Shown: positions 49,461 through 58,825 of the stretch, piece by piece
Layout: each line of letters starts with the position of its first letter
Position numbering within the stretch: position 1 is the stretch's first letter
Assembly: GCA_047602405.1 (NCBI GenBank)
Contig: JASGHJ010000002.1
Coordinates: 608,001-672,000 of the forward strand
Source: Anaeromyxobacteraceae bacterium
Lineage (GTDB): Bacteria > Myxococcota > Myxococcia > Myxococcales > Anaeromyxobacteraceae
Length of the DNA stretch: 64,000 bases
Direction: 5' to 3'
Notes under the pieces: model-generated
Databases searched by the model: none
What the model was told of the DNA's origin: nothing
The model's input: only the letters and a program-made list of their open reading frames with translations
Translations under genes and position numbers: made by a program

Positions 49461-49523
49461 GGGGACTCCGGGCGGGGGTTCTCGGAGGGAGGCGGGCCGG
49501 GTCCGGGCGTGACCGCGGGACCC

Positions 49524-49669
49524 CAGAGGTCCGCCGTTCAGAGGTCCGCCGTTCGGCCGCCCCCGTCCGTCCCTCTCCCCCCGCCCGTCCCTCTCCACCC
49601 CGGGTCCGTCCCTCTCCCTCCGTCCGTCCCGAGCGTAGCCCCCGCGCAGCGGGGGCGGAGACGAGGGAC
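49524..49669 (+). repeat. Short tandem repeats followed by a REP-like element
   Basis: CAGAGGTCCGCCGTT x2, CCGTCCCTCTCC x3, then GTCCCGAGCGTAG-CCCCCGC gca GCGGGGG-CGGAGACGAGGGAC. Confidence 0.8.
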
Positions 49670-49725
49670 AGGGGCCCGGGGGCTCAGATTCCTCCCTGAG
49701 CCCCAGCCGGATCCTGCGATTTCAC

Positions 49726-49747
49726 TGTCAGACCGGGGTGGCAGGAT
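49726..49747 (+). promoter_or_regulatory. Putative PafBC/RecA-NDp-like promoter
   Basis: TGTCAG-N10-CAGGAT, 7 nt before ATG 49755. Confidence 0.5.
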
Positions 49748-49754
49748 CGCGGGC

Positions 49755-51578
49755 ATGGACGCGTGGGCGGCCAGCGAGATTCGTCGGCGGAGTGGCACCG
49801 GAGCTCGCCCCGGCGGCTGCCTCGAACGACGCCGTCTCCGCGCAGGCCGCGAGCAGCATCGCCCGCCGCGACCCGCTCGGCGACCGCTGGGACCTCCGCG
49901 CGCCGCGGTGGGATCTCCCGACCTTCACGCTGTTCGAGCTGCGCGAGCTCTGGCTGCGCGGCGACGGCGGCCTCGAGAAGTACGAACGCGCTCTCGCCCA
50001 GGGCGCTCGCATGCTGCGGGCGCTGCAGGTCAGCCGCGCCGCGGTGCTGGCCAAGTTCACGGAGGGTGACCGGCTCGCCCGGCTGGGCTTCTCGAGCCTC
50101 GGGGACTTCACCGAGAACCTCCTCGGCACCCGCCGGCGCGCCGCGCAGGTGGAGGTCCAGCTCTCGAAGGCGCTACGGGAGCGGCCGCTCCTCAGGGCCG
50201 CGGTGCACGCCGGCACGGTGAGCCCGTCGGCGGCGCTCGCGGTCCTGCCGGTCACGCCCGGAGACGACGAGGCGCGCTGGGTCGAGCGCGCGGCGGAGCT
50301 GCCGGTCCGCAGGCTCAAGCAGGAGGTGAAGCGGGCGCTGAAGGAGCGGAAGGCGCTGCCCGGGCCCGACGCCGCGGAGGAGAAGAGGGAAGAGGACGAG
50401 GCACCCTGGGTGCACCTCGACGTGCCGATCTCGGACCGGGCCAGCGAGCGGCTCCACAAGGCCCTCGCCCTCGCCGGCGAGCTCGTCGAGAGCCCGCACC
50501 GGTTCGTCCAGCTCGAGGCGCTCGGGCAGGAGTTCCTCTCCGAGCACCCGGGGGACGAGTGGGACGTGAAGGGCGCCGAGCTCGCCCTCGATCGAACGCT
50601 GCATCCCCTCGACGTCCCGACGAAGCGGAACGCCGCGGAGGCGAAGCTCGAGTCGGAGACCTCCTCCTGGGAGTTCCTCGACCCGGTCGTCCCGGTCCCG
50701 GCCGTCGAGCTCGACCCGCTCGACGCCGCGACGGACGACGACCTGTACGGCACGGCGCTCGGCCTCTCCCTGGAGATCAAGAGCTGGGAAGACCTCATCG
50801 GCTTCTGCTCGGCGGTCGTGAAGGGCGCCCGGCTCCACAAGGAGGCCGGCTTCGTCGACTTCCGTCACTACGCGACCGAGCGGCTCGGCGTCCCGGCCCG
50901 CACCATCGAGACCCGCGCCGCGCTCGAGAAGCACCTCTGGGAGAAGCCCGAGCTCAAGGTCGCCAAGGAGATGGGCCTCAGCTACTCGAAGCTGCTCCTG
51001 AGGTCCCGCAGGACCAGATCCTGGAATTCGCGAAGCGGGCCGAGACCCTGACGGTGGTCGAGCTCAAGGAGGCCGTCCAGGCGCGGACGGACGCGCACAT
51101 GTCTGCGTCGAAGCGATTCCGGGTGTGGGTCCCCCGCCGGGTCGCCTTGCTGCTCCACCAGGCGTTCCTGGCCTCCTTGGCGCTTCCGGTTCCGCCGGAG
51201 GAGGCGCAGACACCGCAATCCTGCACCCTGGACGGCGCCTTTCTCGGGAAGCTCGCGGACCACTTCATCGCGGTCTGGGGCGGCGACGTGATGGAGCCGA
51301 AGACCGTGTCCCAGAAGCAGCGCGCGAAGTACCCGCGCTGCTGCTTCCCGGGCTGCAGCCGCCGCAGCGACCACGGCCACCACATCGAGTTCCGCAGCCA
51401 CGGCGGCTCGGAGGACGCCTGGAACCGCATGCCGCTCTGCGCCTTCCACCACCACGTCGTCGTCCACGGCGGCCACGCCACCATCACCGGCATCTTCCCC
51501 GACGCCGTCGAGTTCCGCGTGAACGGCGTCGTCTGGAAGGACGGGCAGTTCGGCCGAACGCGCGCGGAGCGGGTGTGA
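49755..51578 (+). CDS. DUF222-like HNH endonuclease, frameshifts near 49780 and 51000
   Basis: Two repeated units (LARLGFSSLGDFTENLLG, HKEAGFVDFRHYATERLG). C-terminal CCFPGC...HHIEFRSHGG...NRMPLCAFHH is in frame 50559. Confidence 0.8.
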
Positions 51579-51588
51579 GCCTCGCCTC

Positions 51589-52776
51589 CTACCCTCCGTG
51601 CACCTTCACCCTCGCCGCGACGGCCTGCGCCTGCGCGACGAGCGCCTTCGGGTCCGTCCCGACCGGTGCGTTCACGAGCGCGACGCCCATCCGGCGGTAG
51701 GGCCGCGTCGTCGGCTTCCCGAAGATGCGGACGTCCACGCCCGTCCCCGCGGCGCCCGGCACGGGCGCGAGCGCCTCCTCGAGCCCGCTCACCTCGGGCA
51801 CGCCCTCCTTCGACGCGAGGATGACGGCGCTCGCCCCCGCCCGCAGCAGCTCCGGCTCCGGGATCGGCAGGCCCAGCACGGCGCGCGCGTGCAGCTCGAA
51901 CTCCGAGAGCGGCAGCGTCCCGGCGAGCGTCACCATCCCGGTGTCGTGCGGGCGGGGCGAGAGCTCGGAGAAGGTGACGCCGTCCTTCTCGGAGAGGAAG
52001 AACTCGACGCCCCAGAGCCCGGCGCCGCCGAGCGCGGCGGTGACCGCGCCCGCCATCCGCCGCGCCTCCGCGAGGTGCGCCGCGCTCATCGCGTGCGGCT
52101 GCCAGGACTCCTGGTAGTCGCCGCGCTCCTGCCGGTGGCCGATGGGCGGGCAGAAGAGCGTGGGGCGGCCGTGCTGCTGCGTCACCGTGAGGAGCGTGAT
52201 CTCCGAATCGAAGTGGACGAAGGCCTCGACGATGACCTCGCGCAGGTCCCCGCGCGTGCCGCTCATCGCGTAGCTCCAGGCCTTCTCGACGCCGGCCTCG
52301 TCCCGCACGACGGACTGGCCCTTCCCGGACGAGCTCATGAGCGGCTTCACCACGCAGGGGAGGCCGACCTCCTTCACCGCGGCGCGGAACGCCTCGAGCG
52401 TCGAGGCGTAGGCGTAGGGCGCGGTCTTGAGGCCGAGCTCCTTCGCCGCGAGGTCGCGGATGGCCTTGCGGTTCATCGTGAAGTTCGCGGCGCGCGCGCT
52501 CGGCACGACCTGGATGCCCTGCCGCTCGTGGGCGTGGAGCCGCTCGGTCCGGATGGCCTCGATCTCGGGCACGATGAGGTCCGGCCGGTGCTTCGCGACG
52601 ACGGCGTCGAGCGCGTCCCCGTCGAGCATGTTCACGACCTCGCGCCCGTGCGCGACCTGCATCGCCGGGGCGTCGTCGTAGGAGTCCACCGCGATGACGC
52701 GCTGCCCGAGCCGCTGGCAGGCGATGACGAACTCCTTGCCGAGCTCGCCGGAGCCGAGGAGCAGGATGGTCTTCAT
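51589..52776 (-). CDS. purT: Formate-dependent phosphoribosylglycinamide formyltransferase
   Basis: [54 protein letters not shown]. Confidence 0.96.
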   Translation of the reverse strand: MKTILLLGSGELGKEFVIACQRLGQRVIAVDSYDDAPAMQVAHGREVVNMLDGDALDAVVAKHRPDLIVPEIEAIRTERLHAHERQGIQVVPSARAANFTMNRKAIRDLAAKELGLKTAPYAYASTLEAFRAAVKEVGLPCVVKPLMSSSGKGQSVVRDEAGVEKAWSYAMSGTRGDLREVIVEAFVHFDSEITLLTVTQQHGRPTLFCPPIGHRQERGDYQESWQPHAMSAAHLAEARRMAGAVTAALGGAGLWGVEFFLSEKDGVTFSELSPRPHDTGMVTLAGTLPLSEFELHARAVLGLPIPEPELLRAGASAVILASKEGVPEVSGLEEALAPVPGAAGTGVDVRIFGKPTTRPYRRMGVALVNAPVGTDPKALVAQAQAVAARVKVHGG

Positions 52777-52838
52777 GGGGGGCGTACGCTACCGGAGGGC
52801 GCCGGCCCCGGCCAGCCGGAACCGAGGGGGCGACCCCG

Positions 52839-55512
52839 TCACTGCCAGCGATCGAGGCGTCGGGCCCGGGGCGTGAAAGTCGCCGAGAACGCCCGCGCCC
52901 GCGCCCGGAGGAGGAGCTGGCGGCCTTCGGCCGTGCGGGTCGGGTGCAGCCGCCCAGTCCCGATCCGGCGTCGGAACGCCTCGAGGAGCAGCCTCGCCGT
53001 CTCCTCGCGGGCGCCGAGCACGGCCGGGACCGCGTGGAAGTCGCTCCGGGCGCCGACGAGCGGGAGGTCGCCCTCGCGCTCCAGGAGGAAGCGCGGGTTC
53101 TCGATCTGGCCAAGGAGCTCGTCGAGGCAGTCGGCGTACACCGAGGAGTCGCGGTAGGACGCCCCGGCGAGGCTGACCGCGAACTCGCCGGGGGCGACCT
53201 CGTTCACCCGGAGCGCGCCATCCCCGACCTCGTGGAGGACGCCCGCCTCGACGAGCGCGTCCCGGAGCGCCAGGGCCAGCTCCCGGACGCTCCCGTCGAC
53301 CGGGAGGTGCCGGGCGAGACCGACCGCCGCCCGCGCGAGGGCGGGGAGCGAGAAGGCGAGCCCGATGGCGCAGGCACCGCCCAGAAAGAGGAGCGTGGTC
53401 CTCAGGTCCGCCCCCTGGGGCGCGCTCCGCATCACGAGCGACCAGCCCGCGCCGAAGGCGGTGGCCGCGGTGGCGAGGAGGTAGGTGAGCGTGTTCCGGA
53501 AGAAGCGGCGACGGAAGCGGGGCGGGTCGAGAGGCTCCACCGCGGGCAGCACGCGCCCGAAGTGTCCCTCGCCGACGGCCCGCCGCCAGCGAGCGCGGAC
53601 GTCATCGAGCCTCCGGAGCCGAAGCGCCGAGGTCTCGTCGACCGCGGCGATCCAGCCCGCCCCGGGCGGAGGCAGCCGCAGCCTCGCGAGGCCGCTCTCG
53701 AGCACGGGCTCCTCCGCGTCGAGCCCGACGAAGGAGTCGAAGCGCCGCGAGAGGTCGTCGAGGTCGTGCCAGCCGGCGCGGGCGCGGGGCGCGATTGCCA
53801 CGAGGTGCCAGATGCTCGCGACCTTGTCGGGTGAGGCCGCGTGGTGACGGATGGCCCGGCCGCGGAGTTGGTTGGTGAGCACGAACGACCCCGCGTAGGT
53901 GGCGAGCACCAGCGAGTTCACCGCGGGCGCGTCCCAGCCCTCGCCGAGCAGCGCGCGGGTCCCGACGAGCACCCGCAGGGCGCCGTCCTCGAGCGCGAGT
54001 GTGAGCGGGTGCACCGCCGCGCTCCCCGGGGCGGAGAGCCGTACGAAGCCCTCCGGCAGGTCTCCACCGGTGACCCACTCCGACGCGGCGGAGCCGAGGA
54101 GCGGCAGGAGGGCGCGGTGGACCACCGTGAGACGGCCCGTCACGAGGGCCAGGTACGGGTGCTCCTCGGGCGACACGGCCGCTGCGAGCGCGCGGAAGAT
54201 CGGCCACGCGCCGAGCCGTGGCGCCGCAGCGGGTTCCTCCTCGCGGATGTGGTCGGCGAGGAAGACCTGCCGCAGCGCGGTGCCGCGTGCCGCGGCCTCG
54301 AGCGTGTGGATCCGCACGCACGCGTCGAGCTTCGAGGGCGATGCGGAGAGCTCGGCCTCGGCGGTGGCCGGGCGTTCCATGCGAAGGCTCCGGCCGTGGA
54401 GGAGCCGTTCCGCGCGCAGGCGTCGCGCGAGCGCGTCGCGGCGGGCGAGCCGCGCCGGATTGGGGGCCCAAGCCTCGCCGTGCAGGTGATGGTCGAGGAG
54501 GGCGGTCCAGGTGCGCAGATCGAGGGCGGGGACCTCGGCGGGCGCGACGCCGAGCAGCGCCAGGAGTGGGCCGTCGCCGGCGAGGACGCCGCGGGCCCGG
54601 CAGTAAGCAAGGAGGGCCACCGCCGCCTCGACGTCCTCGAGCACCTCCGCGGGGTCCGGGGCGACGAGCCAGGGGTGAACGCGCACCGCCTGGAGCAGCC
54701 CCTCGTCGCGGAGCAGCTCGGCGAAGAGGGCCCTCACACGCGCCTCGTGGCGCTCGAGACGTGCGGCCGCCTCCGCGGTGGCCTCGACCGCCCACACGAG
54801 GTCGAGGTGCGGGCAGAGCGCGCCGGAGCGCACGAGCTCGGGCGCGGAGATCTCCTCGTCGATCGGGCCGCACAGCGCCTCGTAGCGGCGCCACTCCCGT
54901 GCGGTCACGTCGTAAGGCGGCGTCGCGGTGAGCGACACCACGGTCACGTTCTCTCCGAGCGCCTCGGCGAGGGACGTGAGCGCCTTCCACCAGGCTTGCC
55001 GGAGGTGGTGCGCCTCGTCGAGCACGAGCGTCCCGACCCCGGCCGCGCGGAGCTGGGCGGCGAGCGCCTCGAGCTCCGCTCCGGTCGGGAGCTCGGGGTC
55101 ATCCCCTCCCGCGCCGGCGTCGGCTGCCTCTTCGTCTCCCGGCTCGCCGGCGGCCGCCAGGCCCGCGCCGCGGTGAAGCGCCTGGTAGGTCACCGAGGTG
55201 AGGACGCCCGGTGCGCGCAGGTCCGTCGTCGCCCACGCGGGCGGCGGGGCCCCCTCGGGCAGGAAGTCACCGAGCCGTCGGAGCCACTGGTCCCGGATGG
55301 CCGTCGTGGGCGCCAAGACGAGCGCGGGCTTCCCGATGCGGCGGAGGATTCTCGAGCCCGAGGATTGTCTTGCCGGAGCCCGGCGCGGCGACGACGTGCA
55401 CCCGCCCATCGGCGAGGTGCGCGTCGAGGGCCTCGAGAACGCGCGCCTGGTAGGGCCGCCACGCGTGCCGGAACCGCAACGTGTCGGAGATTGAGGGAGC
55501 GGACGCGAGCAT
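52839..55512 (-). CDS. SF2 DEAH helicase with C-terminal TM segments, frameshift near 55350
   Basis: WRPYQ and APGSGKT in ORF 55267..55512; DEAHH, LTATPP, LLGEGWDAP, QLRGRAIR in ORF 52839..55583. Confidence 0.85.
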
Positions 55513-55557
55513 CCTTGGGCCATCATCTCCGGGAAGGGCCCGGCCGGCCAGCGCCCA

Positions 55558-55579
55558 TGTCCGACCCGCCGTCTAGGAT
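55558..55579 (+). promoter_or_regulatory. Putative PafBC/RecA-NDp-like promoter
   Basis: TGTCCG-N10-TAGGAT, 7 nt before GTG 55587. Confidence 0.5.
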
Positions 55580-55586
55580 GCACCCC

Positions 55587-57076
55587 GTGGAAACCCTCGT
55601 CCTCGCTGGCCTCCTCGTCGTCGCCGCCCTCGTGGCCTACGTCGCCTTCGCGGTCTCCCGCAGGCCCGCGGGGAGCTCTCCGCCGAGGCCTCGGCCGAGC
55701 TCGCGGCGGCGCTGACGGCGCAGGTGACCGCCCAGGTGACCGCCGCCCTCGCCCCGCGGCTCGACGCCCTCGACCGCTCCGTCGAGCGGCTCGAGCGCGA
55801 GATGCGCGACGAGCTCGCCCGGGGGCGCGGCGAGGCGACCCGGACGGCCCAGGCGCAGCGCGAGGAGCTCCGGGAGGCGCTCGCCGAGTCGTCGCGCGCC
55901 ACCGCCGAGCGGCTCGACCGCGGCCGCGACGAGGCGGGCCAGGCCTCGAAGGCGCTCGCCGACACGGTCTCGAAGCGGCTCACCGAGACGCAGGCGCTCC
56001 TCAAGCACGAGCTCGAGGCCGCCGGCGCGCGCATCCAGCAGCTCTCGCAGTCGAACGAGAACCGGCTCGACAAGCTCCGGGTCGCGGTCGACGAGCGCCT
56101 GCAGAAGCTCCAGGCCGACAACGCCGAGAAGCTCGAGCAGATGCGCGCGACGGTCGACGAGAAGCTCCAGGGCACGCTCGAGAAGCGGCTCGGCGAGTCC
56201 TTCAAGCTCGTCTCCGAGCGGCTCGAGGCGGTGCAGCGCGGCCTCGGCGAGATGCAGACGCTCGCCACCGGCGTCGGCGACCTCAAGAAGGTGCTCTCGA
56301 ACGTGAAGGTCCGCGGCACGCTCGGCGAGGTCCAGCTCGGCGCGCTCCTCGACCAGATCCTCGCGCCCAGCCAGTACGCCGTGAACGTCGCGACGCGTGG
56401 CGAGGGCGGCGAGCGCGTCGAGTTCGCGATCCGCATGCCCGGCCAGGAGGACGGCTCGGGCGAGGTCTACCTGCCCATCGACGCGAAGTTCCCCATCGAG
56501 GACTACCAGCGGCTCGTCGACGCCTCCGAGCGCGGCGACGCCGCGGCGGTCGAGGTGGCCTCGAAGGCGCTCGAGGTCCGCGTGAAGGGCTGCGCGAAGG
56601 ACATCCACGACAAGTACCTCGGCCCGCCGCGCACCACCGAGTTCGGCATCCTCTACCTGCCGGTGGAGGGGCTCTTCGCCGAGGTCGTGCGCCGGCCCGG
56701 GCTCGTGGAGGCGCTGCAGCGGGATTTCAAGGTCCTCGTGGCCGGGCCGACCACGCTCACGGCGATCCTCTCGTCGCTGGAGATGGGCTTCCGCACGCTC
56801 GCCATCACGAAGCGCTCGAGCGAGGTCTGGAAGGTGCTCGGCGCGGTCAAGACCGAGTGGGGCAAGTTCGGGGACGTGCTGCAGAAGGTGGAGAAGAAGC
56901 TCACCGAGGCTTCGAACACCGTCGCCGAGGTCCACAAGCGCCAGCGCGTCATCGGGCGGAAGCTCCAGTCCGTCGAGGAGCTCCCCGCGGCGGGCCCCGA
57001 GCAGCCGCTCCTCTTCGCGCCGGTGGACGCGGGGGACCCGGACAAGGACGGCGACGAGTCGCGGCGGCCGGCGTAG
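55587..57076 (+). CDS. rmuC: DNA recombination protein RmuC, frameshift near 55670
   Basis: N-terminal TM segment in an upstream frame; KVRGTLGEVQL, LPIDAKFP, AGPTTL, MGFRTLAI. Confidence 0.92.
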
Positions 57077-57138
57077 GGCCCCCTCGACATGCTCGGGGTG
57101 AGCGGGGCCTGGCGTCCGGCCGTGGGCTGGGCTAACCC

Positions 57139-58117
57139 ATGCGCATGCCCAGGGCCATCAGGATCCACGAGACCGGCGGGCCGGAGGTGCTCCGGCTCGA
57201 GGACGTCCCCGTCGGCGCGCCGGGCGCGGGCGAGGTCCGCCTGCGCCACACCGCCATCGCGGTGAACTTCGTCGACACCTACCACCGCACCGGGCTCTAC
57301 CCGATGAAGCTCCCGCTCATCATGGGCGTCGAGGCGGCGGGCGTGGTCGAGGCGGTCGGGCCGGGCGTGCAGGGGCTCTCGCCGGGCGACCGGGTGGTCT
57401 ACCTCACCGCCTCGGGCGCCTACGCCGAGGTGCGGCTCGCCCCCGCCGACCGCTGCATCCGGCTCCCGGACGGCGTCTCCGACCTCACGGCCGCCGCCAC
57501 CTTCATGAAGGGGCTCACGGTCGACGCGCTCGTGCGCCGCACCCACCCGGTGAAGGCGGGCGAGACGGTCCTCGTGCACGCCGCGGCCGGCGGCGTCGGG
57601 CTCCTCATGGTGCCGTGGCTGAAGTCGCTCGGCGCGACCGTCATCGGCACCGCGGGCTCCGACGAGAAGGCGGCCACCGCCCGCGCGGCCGGGTGCGACC
57701 ACGTGATCGTGTACTCCCGGGAGCCCTTCGCACCGAAGGTGCGGGAGCTCACCGGCGGGGAGGGCGTCCCGGTCGTGTACGACGGGGTGGGGAAGGCGAC
57801 GTTCGAGGGTTCCCTCGACAGCCTCGCGCCCTTCGGCCTCCTCGTCGCCTACGGCAACGCCTCCGGGCCCGTGCCGCCCTTCGATCTCCGCACGCTCGCT
57901 GCGAAGGGGTCGCTGTTCGTCACGCGCCCGACGGTCTTCGGCTACGTCGCGAAGCGGCCCGATCTCGAGCGCGGCGCGAAGGAGCTTCTTCGACCGGCTC
58001 CTCGACGGACGCGTGAAGGTGCCGGCGCCGCGCACGTGGCCGCTCGACGGGGTGGCGGACGCACACCGCGCGCTCGAGGCGCGCGCCACGACCGGATCGG
58101 TCGTGCTCGTTCCCTGA
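57139..58117 (+). CDS. qor: NADPH:quinone oxidoreductase, frameshift near 57988
   Basis: TGGPEVL, VNFVDTYHRTGLY, HAAAGGVG, YDGVGK, KGSLFVTRP. The true end AHRALEARATTGSVVLVP* is in the shifted frame. Confidence 0.9.
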
Positions 58118-58318
58118 GCAGCGCGCCCGCCCGGCCGGCATCACCAGCACCCTCCGTCAGGCTGCGCCCCGCTGGCGCGCTGCGCGCGGGCGCACGCGAC
58201 GGGATCGCAGAGAGGCCGTGTCGCAGAGAGACGGTGTGGCAGCGGCGCCCGTGTCGCAACGGGGCGCGTCACCTCGCCGCGCGGGCGTTGACGGTTCGTG
58301 ATGGCAGGATTGCCGGTC

Positions 58319-58753
58319 ATGAAGCCGGGTATCGCGTCGTTCCTGGAGTGCCATCGCATCGCGGTCGTCGGCGTGTCGCGCACCTCGGGGTTCGCGAACG
58401 TCGCGCTCAAGGAGCTGCGCGAGCGCGGCTACGAGGCGTTTCCGGTGAACGAGGTCGCCGACGCCTTCGAGGGCGAGCCCTGCTACCACTCGGTGGCGCA
58501 GGTGCCGGGGCCGGTGGACGGCGTGCTGTGCGTGGTGCCGCCCGCAGAGGCGGTGCGGGTGGTGGAGGACTGCGCCCGCGCGGGCGTGAAGCGCCTCTGG
58601 CTGCAGCGCGGGAGCGAGTCCGACGAGGCGGTCGCGCGGGCGCGCGCCGCCGGCATCGAGCCGGTCGCCGGCGCGTGCATCCTGATGTACGCGCGGCCCC
58701 GGGGCATCCACCGGTTCCACGCGCTGGTCGAGCGCGCGCTCGGGCGGCTGTAG
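58319..58753 (+). CDS. CoA-binding protein (YccU-like)
   Basis: IAVVGVSR, FPVN, VDGVLCVVPP, LWLQRG, CILM. Confidence 0.88.
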   Translation: MKPGIASFLECHRIAVVGVSRTSGFANVALKELRERGYEAFPVNEVADAFEGEPCYHSVAQVPGPVDGVLCVVPPAEAVRVVEDCARAGVKRLWLQRGSESDEAVARARAAGIEPVAGACILMYARPRGIHRFHALVERALGRL

Positions 58754-58757
58754 TTTC

Positions 58758-58804
58758 GGAGGGGGCTCGGAGCCCCCCTCCCCGCGGAGCGGAGCTCCGC
58801 GGGG
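58758..58804. terminator. Double hairpin between convergent genes
   Basis: GGAGGGGGCTC/GCCCCCCTCC and CCCCGCGGAGC/GCTCCGCGGGG. Confidence 0.5.
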
Positions 58805-58825
58805 CCCCACCCCGGCAGCACCGCC

